Assembly (NCBI GenBank): GCA_963784675.1
Contig: CAWASE010000016.1
Location: forward strand, 7,267 to 71,266
DNA: 64,000 nucleotides
Source of the DNA: an uncultured Actinomycetes bacterium
GTDB lineage: Bacteria; Actinomycetota; Actinomycetes; Mycobacteriales; SCTD01
Reading direction: 5' to 3'
Positions 18,469 to 26,823 of the stretch are shown in pieces; position 1 is the stretch's first letter, and the number at the start of each line of letters is the position of its first letter. The notes under the pieces were generated by a model. It was given only the letters and a program-made list of their open reading frames with translations. It had not been told where the DNA came from and did not search any database. A program made the position numbers and the translations under genes.

Positions 18469-20037
18469 TCAGCGTGGCGGCTCGGGCTGCTCCAGGAGCG
18501 CCCGGACCGCCGGCCGGTCGACCTTCCCGTTGCGGTTGCGCGGAAGCGACGCCACGACGCGCAACGGCCGCGGCAGGGCGTGCGCCCCGAGCGCGCCGCG
18601 CACGGCGGCCTGCAGCGCGCGCGTGGAGACCTCGATCCCGGGGCGGGCGACCACGGCCGCGGCGACGTTCTCCCCCGACAGCGCGGAGGGGAGGCCGACG
18701 ACGGCGGCATCGGCCAGCAGCCCCGTCGACAGCAGCGCCCGCTCGACCTCCGCGGGGTAGATGTTCACGCCGCCGCGGATGATGAGGTCGACCACGCGGC
18801 CCGCGACGTACAGGTAGCCCTCGGCGTCCAGCCGGCCGAGGTCGCCGGTGCGCAGCCAGCCGTCGGCGGTGAGCGGCGACGGGGTGTCGCCCCAGTAGCC
18901 GGGCGTCGTCACGGCCGAACGCACGTGCACCTCGCCGGCCTCGCCCCGCTCGACCTCCCTCCCGCCGGCCTCCACCAGCCGTAGCTCGACGTAGGGCGCC
19001 GGACGGCCGACGCTGCCGGGTCGGCGCAGCGCCTCGACGTCGGTCAGGCAGGTGACCGGCGCGCACGTCTCCGACAGCGCGTACACGTCGACCAGGCGCA
19101 GCTGCGGCAGCCGGTCGCGGACCCGGTCCAGCGTGCCGGGGGGTGCGGGAGCACCGCCGAACACGGCCAGGCGCACGCCCGCCAGCTGCGGCAGCGCGAA
19201 GGACGGGGTGCGCAGCAGCAGCTCCCAGATGCTGGGTACGACGTCGAGCCACGTGACGCCGTGGTCGATCGCGGTCTGTACGAGCGACGGCGCGCTGAAC
19301 GACGCCATGGTGACCGCGGAGCCGCCGGACAGCATGGCCGGCGCCAGCTGCGTCACGTGCCCGGACACCCATGCGAACGGCAGGTGGATCGCGGTGCGGT
19401 CGGTGGCGGTGAGCCCGAGGGTGCGTGTGTAGAAGGCGGCGGCGTGCCCGGTCATCCGGCCGGTGACCTGGACGGCCTTGGGGTGGCCGGTCGTCCCGCT
19501 GGTGGCGATCAGGGCGTAGACCGTGTCCTGGTCGGGCAGCGGCACGGTGACGTCCCACGGCAGGCTGCGGCTCAGCAGCGCCCGCTCGGCGTCCAGGGTC
19601 CGGACGGTCCGTGCGTCGCTGCCGACGCCGTCCTGCCGCAGCAGCAGCCGGGCGCCGGTCAGGGTCAGCAGCGCCTCGACCCGGTCCGGCGGCGCGTCGA
19701 CGGGCACGCCCAGGTGCACCAGGCCGGCGCGTGCGCACGCCCAGATCGCGACGGCCGCCGCGAGCCCGTTGCGGGCCAGGACCGCGACACGGTCGCCGAC
19801 GACCAGCCCCTGCTCGCGGAGGAAGGCCGCGGAACCCTCCACCAGCTCGGCGAACTCGGCATAGGTCGTGCTGCTGCCACGCGCGGGGTCGACCAACAGC
19901 ACCGAACCGGCCGAGACCGCCAGCGAGGCCTGCAGCAGCGGCACGATGCCGGCCGGACGGTCGGCGTAGCACCGCACCGGGACGTCCCGCACGGTCTCCT
20001 GCACGAGGGCGTCCGGGCCGGCCTGGCGCGCGGACAC
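18469..20037 (-). CDS. AMP-dependent synthetase/ligase (acyl-CoA or acyl-ACP ligase, ANL superfamily)
   Basis: Only the last 522 codons of track ORF 18469..21078. ALIATSGTTGHPKAV (A3 motif), VYALSETCAP, WLRTGDLG, IIRGGVNIYPAEVE, PRNRNGKVDR. The GTG at 20037 lies 2 nt after the upstream stop. Confidence 0.9.
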   Translation of the reverse strand: MSARQAGPDALVQETVRDVPVRCYADRPAGIVPLLQASLAVSAGSVLLVDPARGSSTTYAEFAELVEGSAAFLREQGLVVGDRVAVLARNGLAAAVAIWACARAGLVHLGVPVDAPPDRVEALLTLTGARLLLRQDGVGSDARTVRTLDAERALLSRSLPWDVTVPLPDQDTVYALIATSGTTGHPKAVQVTGRMTGHAAAFYTRTLGLTATDRTAIHLPFAWVSGHVTQLAPAMLSGGSAVTMASFSAPSLVQTAIDHGVTWLDVVPSIWELLLRTPSFALPQLAGVRLAVFGGAPAPPGTLDRVRDRLPQLRLVDVYALSETCAPVTCLTDVEALRRPGSVGRPAPYVELRLVEAGGREVERGEAGEVHVRSAVTTPGYWGDTPSPLTADGWLRTGDLGRLDAEGYLYVAGRVVDLIIRGGVNIYPAEVERALLSTGLLADAAVVGLPSALSGENVAAAVVARPGIEVSTRALQAAVRGALGAHALPRPLRVVASLPRNRNGKVDRPAVRALLEQPEPPR

Positions 20038-20039
20038 GG

Positions 20040-21074
20040 TCAGGCCACCAGGGCGTCCAGCGTCGCGGTGCGGATGTGCTCGGCCTGGCTGTGAACGAGC
20101 TGGAACGCCGCAGCACGCAGCAACCGCTGCGCCGGTTCTGCCAGGTCCATGCCCTGGCCGCCGCGGGCGGCGAGCAGGGCCGTGCAGCACTCGATCGACA
20201 GCAGCAGCGACGCGGCGCGCAGCCCGAGCCGTTCGGACAGGCGCTCGGCCGGGTCGACCTCGTCGAGCAGGACGTACGCGCGCGTGCGCAGGTCCAGCAC
20301 GCGGGCCCGCAGCAGCTCGGCGACCGCCGGCTGGCGCGCGGACAGCAGGTCCAGCGCGGCGAGCGCGATGCCGAACGTCGAGGGCTGGACGTTGGTGTTG
20401 CTCGCGCTGTCGACCGCCGCCCACGGGGCGCGGTCCGTGAGCAGCACGACGTCGTCGTCGGCGACGAAGAGTCCGTCGAAGCGGACGGCGTGCGTGCTCG
20501 TGCCACCCATGGCCGCCAACGACAGCTCGCCGGCGCTGCGCAGCTGCGGCCGCTCGCCGGCCGGGACGAGGCCGAACAGCACCTGGTCGGTGTCCTGCAC
20601 GAGGGCGCCGGCGAGGATCAGGTCGGTGAGGCCCCAGCTGGTGCACCAGGGCTGGAAGCCCGACAGCGACCAGCCACCCTCGACCCGGACGGCGAAGACC
20701 GACGGTCTCGGCGTGCGCAGGTGGCTGTAGGCCACGCCGCCGAGCGCCCGCCCCGAGCAGAGGTCGGGCAGGTGACGAGCGGCGAGCGCGGTGTTCGCGC
20801 TGGCCGTCAGCATCTTCACGACCGGGCCGTGCTGGAACCACACGAACCAGGCGTCCGGGCTGGCGCCGGCGAGCACCTCGGCCACCTCTCGCTGCCGGGC
20901 GCGCGGGACCCCGCCCAGCTCCGGTGGACCGAACAGGGCCAGCAGGCCGGCGGCGGCGAGCCGGTCGCAGACCTCGCGGTCGACCCCGGCCCGCTCGAGG
21001 TCGGCCGCCTCGGCGGCGAGGTCGGCGGCGAGGTCGGCGGCCTCGGCGAGGCAGTCGGACGAGGTGACGGTCAT
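20040..21074 (-). CDS. acyl-CoA dehydrogenase family protein (short, ~344 aa)
   Basis: ACAD-like layout: WFVWFQHGPV, GGWSLSGFQPWCTSWG, C-terminal AQRLLRAAAFQLVHSQAEHIRTATLDAL. It is a paralog of 21947..23029. Confidence 0.65.
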   Translation of the reverse strand: MTVTSSDCLAEAADLAADLAAEAADLERAGVDREVCDRLAAAGLLALFGPPELGGVPRARQREVAEVLAGASPDAWFVWFQHGPVVKMLTASANTALAARHLPDLCSGRALGGVAYSHLRTPRPSVFAVRVEGGWSLSGFQPWCTSWGLTDLILAGALVQDTDQVLFGLVPAGERPQLRSAGELSLAAMGGTSTHAVRFDGLFVADDDVVLLTDRAPWAAVDSASNTNVQPSTFGIALAALDLLSARQPAVAELLRARVLDLRTRAYVLLDEVDPAERLSERLGLRAASLLLSIECCTALLAARGGQGMDLAEPAQRLLRAAAFQLVHSQAEHIRTATLDALVA

Positions 21075-21110
21075 GCACCGACGTTAATGCGCTGGTCCGC
21101 CGCCGGCTGG

Positions 21111-21902
21111 TCAGCGACCGGTGTCACCGACGCAGTGCGCGCCTCCGTCGACGTGGACGACCTGTCCGGTGGTGGCCGGGAACCAGTCCGAGAGCAGCGC
21201 GACGGCGGCCCGGGCCACGGGCTCGCGGTCGTTGGGGTCCCAGCCGAGCGGGGCGCGCCGTTGCCAGCTGGGCTCGAGCTCCTCGCGCGCCAGGGACCGG
21301 CCGAGCAGGGTGCGCTGGGGCCCGGCCGACACGACGTTCACGCGGACGCCGCGGGGACCGAGGTCGCGGGCCAGGTAGCGCGCCGTCGACTCGAGCCCGG
21401 CCTGGGCCACGCCGAGCCAGTCCTGCCCGGGCCACGCGCGGGCCGTGTCGAGCGACAGCGCGACCACCGAAGAGCCGCGCACGAGCAGGTCGCCGAGCGC
21501 CCCGGCCACCGCCGCGAGCGACCACGTCGCGGTCTGGAAGGTCTCGGCCACCAGGTCCCACGGGGCGGCCGCGAACCCGCCCGAGCGGTCGCCCGCCGGC
21601 AGGTAGGCGATGGCGTGCAGCACCCCGTCGACCCGGTCCCAGCCTGCGGCGCGCACGTTGTCGGCCAGCGAGGTGAGGTCGTCGGGCAAGGTGACGTCGA
21701 GCTCGACGACGTCGGCGTCCACGCCCAGCCGCGGCGCGACCCGCGAGGTGACGGCCAGCCCGCGGCAGAGCGGTGAGGTGAGCACGACCTCGGCGCCCTG
21801 CTCGCGGGCGGTGCGCACGACCGCGCTGGCCAGCGAGGACTCGGTGAGGACACCGGTGACCAGGACGTGGCGTCCCGTCAGCAGGCCGGTCGCGTGCGTC
21901 AT
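21111..21902 (-). CDS. second InhA/FabI-type enoyl-ACP reductase paralog
   Basis: Only the last 263 codons of track ORF 21111..24047. HVLVTGVLTESSLASAVVRTAREQGA, QDWLGVAQAGLESTARYLARDLGPRGVRVN, LLSDWFPATTGQVVHVDGG. Confidence 0.85.
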   Translation of the reverse strand: MTHATGLLTGRHVLVTGVLTESSLASAVVRTAREQGAEVVLTSPLCRGLAVTSRVAPRLGVDADVVELDVTLPDDLTSLADNVRAAGWDRVDGVLHAIAYLPAGDRSGGFAAAPWDLVAETFQTATWSLAAVAGALGDLLVRGSSVVALSLDTARAWPGQDWLGVAQAGLESTARYLARDLGPRGVRVNVVSAGPQRTLLGRSLAREELEPSWQRRAPLGWDPNDREPVARAAVALLSDWFPATTGQVVHVDGGAHCVGDTGR

Positions 21903-21946
21903 CGGCACAGTCTCCCGCAGCAGACGGCGGACATAGGCTCGGGCGG

Positions 21947-23029
21947 GTGACCGCCGTGACCCGCACCGCCGAGCCGGCCCTGGCGGCCGCGCGCCAGATC
22001 GCCGACGAGCTGGTCCGGCCGGCCGCCGAGCTTGTCGACCGGACGGTCGTGCCGCGCTCCCACCTGCACGCCTGGGGCCGGGCGGGGCTGCTCGGGCTGG
22101 CCGGTCCGCGCGCGGCCGGCGGGGCCGACGCGCCCAGGGCCGTCGTGCGCGAGGTCGCCGAGGTCCTGGCCGGCGCCTGCCTGTCGACCTGGTTCGTCGC
22201 CACGCAGCACGCCACGCCGCTGGCCACGCTGGTCGAGTCCCGCAACGACGCCCTGCGCGACCGGCTGCTGCGCCCGCTGTGCACGGGCGAGGTGCTGTCC
22301 GGTGTCGCGATCGCCCACCTGCGCCGGGCCGGCGCGCCGGCTGTCGCGGCGACGCGGGTCGAGCGCGGCTGGCGGTTCGACGGCCACGTCGGCTGGATGA
22401 CCTCGTGGGGCCTGTGCGAGGTCTTCCTGCTCGGCGGCCTCTCGTCCGACGGCCAGGTCGTCCTGGCGATGGTGCCGGCGCGGGACGGCGACGGGCTGGC
22501 GGCGTCCGCCCCGCTCCGGCTGGCCGCCATGCAGGCGACGCAGACCGTGACGCTCGAGCTCGACGGGTTCCTGGTGGCCGATGCCGACGTGGCCGACGTA
22601 CGGCCGGTCGAGACGTGGCTGTCCGCCGATGCGGCCAAGACCGCCAACGCCGGCCCGCACGTGTTCGGGCTGCACGCCGAATGCGTCCGTCGCCTGGACG
22701 GGGTGGCTGCCCGACGCGACGACGGCACGGCGGCCGCCCTGGCCCAGCAGCTGCGCAACGAGGGCGAGCGGCTGCGGCGGGTCGCGTACACGCTGCTGGA
22801 CGACGTCCCCGAGCACGAGCAGCTCGAGGTCCGACTGGAGGTTCGCGCTGCCTCGCTCGAGCTGCTCGTCCGCTCCGCGACGGCGCTGGTGGTGGCCACC
22901 GGCGGCTCGGCGATGGCGATTGACGCACCGGCGCAACGACTGGCCCGGGAGGCGCTGTTCTGCCTCGTCCAGGCACAGACCGCACCGGTGCGCGAGGCGA
23001 CGCTGCAGCTGCTGAGGGAGGCCTCGTGA
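21947..23029 (+). CDS. acyl-CoA dehydrogenase family protein (short, ~360 aa), paralog of 20040..21074
   Basis: WFVATQHATPL, RGWRFDGHVGWMTSWG, C-terminal AQRLAREALFCLVQAQTAPVREATLQLL. GTG start 44 bp from the divergent ER2 start. The TGA overlaps the next gene's GTG. Confidence 0.65.
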   Translation: MTAVTRTAEPALAAARQIADELVRPAAELVDRTVVPRSHLHAWGRAGLLGLAGPRAAGGADAPRAVVREVAEVLAGACLSTWFVATQHATPLATLVESRNDALRDRLLRPLCTGEVLSGVAIAHLRRAGAPAVAATRVERGWRFDGHVGWMTSWGLCEVFLLGGLSSDGQVVLAMVPARDGDGLAASAPLRLAAMQATQTVTLELDGFLVADADVADVRPVETWLSADAAKTANAGPHVFGLHAECVRRLDGVAARRDDGTAAALAQQLRNEGERLRRVAYTLLDDVPEHEQLEVRLEVRAASLELLVRSATALVVATGGSAMAIDAPAQRLAREALFCLVQAQTAPVREATLQLLREAS

Positions 23030-23815
23030 GTACCTGGACGCTGTGCGACGCCGACTGGAACTCCTGGCCGGACGGGCTGTCCGTCGCTGAGATCTTTGCG
23101 CAGGCAGCGGGTCTGAGGCTCCAGGGCATCGAGCTCGGGGTGTACGACGCTGCCGTCGAGCTTTCTGCGGAGCGCCTCGCCGAGCTCGCCGACGTCACTG
23201 CCCGCACCGGGGTGCCGGTCAGCGCCGTGCTCCTCTCGCTACCCGCCGAGCGCTGGCCCCGCGGAGCGCTGTCCGGCGACGTCGAGGCCCTGGTCGAGCA
23301 GGTGCGCGCCTGCGCGGACGTCTGCCGTGCCCTCGGCGTGGACGTGCTCGGGCTGTGGCCAGGCGCCGACCCCGTGGACGCCGAGATCGTCGAAGGTCTG
23401 CGCCGGTGCGTGGAGGCGGCCGGGGACGTCCGCATCGCGGTGGAGTACAAGCCCGACACGGCCGTGCTGGACGCCACGCAGGCGCTCGCGCTGTGCGCGC
23501 AGGTGCCGGGACTGGGGGTCCTGCTGGACACCGGACACGCGTACGCGCTCGGCGAGGACCCGGTCGAGGTGCGTCGACCGGCTCGGCGACCTGCTGCTGC
23601 ACGTGCACCTGGGCGACGCCGGACCCGGCGGCGGCGACGACGACCTGCCGTGCGGACGGCTGCACGACTTCGCCCCGGTCGTCGCGGCCCTGGACGCCTC
23701 CACCTTCTGCGGCTCGGCCAGCTTCGACCTCTACGGCGCCGTCTGCGACAGCGACCTGACCGGCGAGCAGGCCGTGCGCGAGAGCCGCGACCACGTGCTG
23801 TCGCGCCGCGGCTGA
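23026..23815 (+). pseudogene. sugar phosphate isomerase/epimerase (xylose-isomerase-like TIM barrel), frame break at ~23572
   Basis: N-terminal part ...RIAVEYKPDTAVLDATQALALCAQVPGLGVLLDTGHAYALGEDPVEV continues in the next frame as VDRLGDLLLHVHLGDAGPGG...FDLYGAV...RESRDHVL (track ORF 23327..23815). One extra base follows gaggtg. Confidence 0.8.
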
Positions 23816-24774
23816 TGCGCGCCGTCGTCGCGCGGGGTCCGGGCCGGTTCTCCGTCGAGCAGGTCGAACCGCCCCGCGGGCCGCTGCTGGTGCAGGTCGA
23901 GGCGGCCGGCGTGTGCGCGGCCGACCGCATGCTCTGGACCGGTCGCCACCCGTGGGGCGAGCTGGACTGGCCGTTCATCCCCGGGCACGAGCTGCTGGGC
24001 CGCATCAGCGCCTCCGACGGCCGGCTCCCGGTCGGCACCCGGATCACCGCCGAGGTGAAGCTCCCGTGCGGTGCGTGCGCCTGGTGCCGGCGCGGCGAGA
24101 CGCACCTGTGCCCGACCGGCGCTCACCTGGGCAGCGGGATCCCGGGGGCCTTCGCCGAGGGTCTTGCTCTCCCCGCCGCAGCGCTGGTGCACGAGATCCC
24201 GGACGACCTGAGCACGCGGCAGGCGGTGCTCGCTGAACCGATGGCGTGCGCCCTGCACGCCGTGCGTCGGGCCGGGGTGCGTCCCGGCGACAGGGTCGCC
24301 GTCGCCGGGCTCGGCGGTCTCGGAGCGCTCGCGCTGCACGCCTGCCGGGCCGAGGGTGCCGAGCACGTCACCGCGCTGGTCCGTACCGACGAGAAGGCCA
24401 GGCTGGCAGACGTACTGGGCTATGACGATGCTACCTACGCACCCGAGCCGGGCAGCGTCGACACGGTCCTTGATCTGTCGGGCGACGTCGACGCGGTGTC
24501 GGTGCTGCTGGGCGCGGTCCGCAGCGGCGGACGCGTAGGCGTCTACGGCGTCTACGACCGACCGCTGCCGCTCGACCTCAACCTGCTGGCCGAGTTCGGC
24601 GGGCTCACCGTCTCGGGCGGGCATCTCGCGCCCGGCTGCTTCCCCGACGCGATCGCCCTGCTCGGCGGCGTCGACGGCGACCTCGTCGTCACGGGGACCC
24701 ATCCGCTCGAGCGGCTCGCCGACGCCCTCGCACCGCCTGACCGTCCCCGTCTGAAGGAGATCGTGCTCCCGTGA
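23815..24774 (+). CDS. zinc-dependent alcohol/polyol dehydrogenase (MDR family)
   Basis: GVCAADRMLW...PFIPGHELLG (catalytic Zn), CGACAWCRRGETHLC (structural Zn), VAGLGGLGALAL (NAD fold). The ATG at 23815 overlaps the upstream TGA. Confidence 0.88.
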   Translation: MRAVVARGPGRFSVEQVEPPRGPLLVQVEAAGVCAADRMLWTGRHPWGELDWPFIPGHELLGRISASDGRLPVGTRITAEVKLPCGACAWCRRGETHLCPTGAHLGSGIPGAFAEGLALPAAALVHEIPDDLSTRQAVLAEPMACALHAVRRAGVRPGDRVAVAGLGGLGALALHACRAEGAEHVTALVRTDEKARLADVLGYDDATYAPEPGSVDTVLDLSGDVDAVSVLLGAVRSGGRVGVYGVYDRPLPLDLNLLAEFGGLTVSGGHLAPGCFPDAIALLGGVDGDLVVTGTHPLERLADALAPPDRPRLKEIVLP

Positions 24775-25418
24775 ACGAGCTCATCGCACAGCTGATCGAC
24801 GTCGGCCGCAGGGCGGTGGGCGCAGGGCTGGTCGTCGGTTCGGGGGGCAACCTGTCGGCCCGGCTGCCCGGTGCCGACGAGTGCGTCGTCACCTGCTCGG
24901 GCAGCCTGCTCGACGAGCTGACGCCCGACCAGTTCTCGATCGTCGCGATCGCCGACGGGACCGTCCGCGGTGGTCATCCCGTCCCGAGCAGCGAGGTGCC
25001 GCTGCACCTGGCCACCTACCGGGTGCGTGCGGACGCGAACGCGCTGATCCACCTGCACCCGCAGACCAGCGTGCTGCTCGACGCGCTCGGCCATCCGATC
25101 CGGCTGCTGACCATCGACCACGCCTACTACGTGCGCGAGGTGCGCTCGACGCCGTTCCTGCAGAGCGGGACGCCCGAGCTCGCCGAGGCGGGGGCGGCAG
25201 CCATGGCCGACGGCTGCAACTGCGTCATCCTGGGCCACCACGGCTGCTCGTGCGTCGCAGACACGATCGGGCTGGCGTGGAAGCGGGCGCAAAACCTGGA
25301 GGAGGCCGCCCGGGCGACGCTGACCATGCTGCAGCTGGGTGACACGACCACCGCGTGCCCGCCGTCCTACCTGGAGGTCATCCGCGCGAAAGAGGCTGCG
25401 TCGCAGGCAGGTCACTGA
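24771..25418 (+). CDS. class II aldolase/adducin-family protein (FucA/AraD-like aldolase or epimerase)
   Basis: GSGGNLSAR, PSSEVPLHLATY, IHLHP, ILGHHGCSCVADTIGLAWKRAQNLEEAA. GTGA overlap with the upstream gene. Confidence 0.85.
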   Translation: MNELIAQLIDVGRRAVGAGLVVGSGGNLSARLPGADECVVTCSGSLLDELTPDQFSIVAIADGTVRGGHPVPSSEVPLHLATYRVRADANALIHLHPQTSVLLDALGHPIRLLTIDHAYYVREVRSTPFLQSGTPELAEAGAAAMADGCNCVILGHHGCSCVADTIGLAWKRAQNLEEAARATLTMLQLGDTTTACPPSYLEVIRAKEAASQAGH

Positions 25419-25419
25419 G

Positions 25420-26823
25420 GTGCCGGTCGCCGGCCTCGACGTCGGGGGCTCGTCGGTCAAGGCGTGGGTGCAGGCCCCCGGTGCGCTGTTCGAGGCGACC
25501 GTCCCGCTGGTGTCGCTGCGTCCGGACGCGGTGCGCGTCGAGTTCCAGCCGGACGCCTGGGAGCAGGCGTGCCGCACCGCGCTGGCCGACGTCATCCAGC
25601 AGGCCGGGGCGCCGGGCTCGGACTATCTGGGCCTGACCGTGTCGAGCCTGCGTCAGGGTTTCGTCCTGCTCGACGGTGCGGGCGCCGCCCTGGGCAACGG
25701 CGTGCTGAACAGCGACCGGCGCGGTGCACCGCACGCGCAGGTGCTGGCGGGGACGCACCCCGTCACCGGGCACTGGCCGGCGCCGGAGCTGACGCTGCCC
25801 AAGCTGCTCGCGGTGCAGGCCGCCGAACCCGAGCGCTGGGCGGCCACCCGGCGCGTGCTGTTCGTGCACGACTGGCTGATCTGGCTGCTCAGCGGGCAGC
25901 AGGTCACCGAGATCTCCTACGCCTGCGCCGGGGCCATGGCCGACGTCCGCGCCCGCACCTGGGCCGGCGAGCTGCTCGAGGGCTGCGGGCTCGGGACGGC
26001 ACGGCTCGCGCCGCTCGTCGAGGCCGGCACCGTCGTCGGTGAGCTCCGGCCGGGGTGGGCGCTGCCGGCGTCGCTGCCGGTCGTCGCCGGGTGCGGCGAC
26101 ACGCAGCTCGCCGCCCTCGGCGTCGGCGGTCTCGGCGACGGCGTGATCACCGTCGTGGCGGGGTCGTCCACTCCCGTGCAGGCCGCGACCGCACTGCCCG
26201 TGCGCGACCCGCTGGAACGGCCCTGGATCTCCACGCACGCGGCGGTCGACCGCTGGGCGGTCGAGGGGAACGCCGGCTACCCAGGCACGATGAGCGCGTG
26301 GTGGACCGGCCTCGCTGCGGCGAGCCCGCAGGCGCCGTCGCGTCCGCACGGGCTCACCGCCGTCACCGCCGCCCCCTACTGGGCGCAGGAGACCTGGGAG
26401 CGCCGCCCTCCCGCCTCGCTGCTCGGCCTGCGTCCTGACACGACCGCCGACGACATCTCGACCGCCCTGCGCGAGGCTCACGCGTACGCCGTGCGGGGCA
26501 ACGTCGAAGACCTGGAACGGGTGCTCGGGCGAGCCGCCTCGGCCGTCGTGGTGTGCGGGGGTGCGGCCGCCGACGGCAGACTGCCCCGGCTGGTCGCCGA
26601 CGTCCTGGGCCGACCCGTGCACCACGCGACGGGAGCCGTCGGTGCGGCTGCTGCCGGCACCTATCTGGTGTCGCGCGCCGTCGGGGCGCACGCCCACCTG
26701 CCGGCGCTGCCGGAGCGGGTGCTGCCTGCCGGCGACCCCCGCCCGCACGACGGCCCCTACGCGGGATGGTGCGCCGCCCATGCCGCCCTGCGTTCCGCAG
26801 CGCTGACGGAAGGATCCACGTGA
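25420..26823 (+). CDS. FGGY-family carbohydrate kinase
   Basis: The GTG at 25420 gives VPVAGLDVGGSSVKAW. GCGDTQLAALGVGG. C-terminal VVVCGGAAADGRLPRLVADVLGRPV. Upstream codons of track ORF 25339.. overlap the aldolase. Confidence 0.85.
   Translation: MPVAGLDVGGSSVKAWVQAPGALFEATVPLVSLRPDAVRVEFQPDAWEQACRTALADVIQQAGAPGSDYLGLTVSSLRQGFVLLDGAGAALGNGVLNSDRRGAPHAQVLAGTHPVTGHWPAPELTLPKLLAVQAAEPERWAATRRVLFVHDWLIWLLSGQQVTEISYACAGAMADVRARTWAGELLEGCGLGTARLAPLVEAGTVVGELRPGWALPASLPVVAGCGDTQLAALGVGGLGDGVITVVAGSSTPVQAATALPVRDPLERPWISTHAAVDRWAVEGNAGYPGTMSAWWTGLAAASPQAPSRPHGLTAVTAAPYWAQETWERRPPASLLGLRPDTTADDISTALREAHAYAVRGNVEDLERVLGRAASAVVVCGGAAADGRLPRLVADVLGRPVHHATGAVGAAAAGTYLVSRAVGAHAHLPALPERVLPAGDPRPHDGPYAGWCAAHAALRSAALTEGST

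Noticed and set aside
17055-21776. Several very long ORFs: 17055..18710 (-), 18173..20506 (-), 19611..21776 (+), and the N-terminal 347 codons of 18469..21078 (-)
   Set aside because: They are Arg/Pro-rich translations that overlap FabI, the AMP-ligase and the ACAD-like genes in other frames or on the other strand. Only the motif-bearing frames were kept.
21903-24047. Upstream 715 codons of the 978-aa ORF 21111..24047 (-)
   Set aside because: Only the last 263 codons (21111..21902) encode an InhA-like protein. The remainder is R/P/A-rich and antisense to ACAD2, the TIM-barrel isomerase and the ADH.
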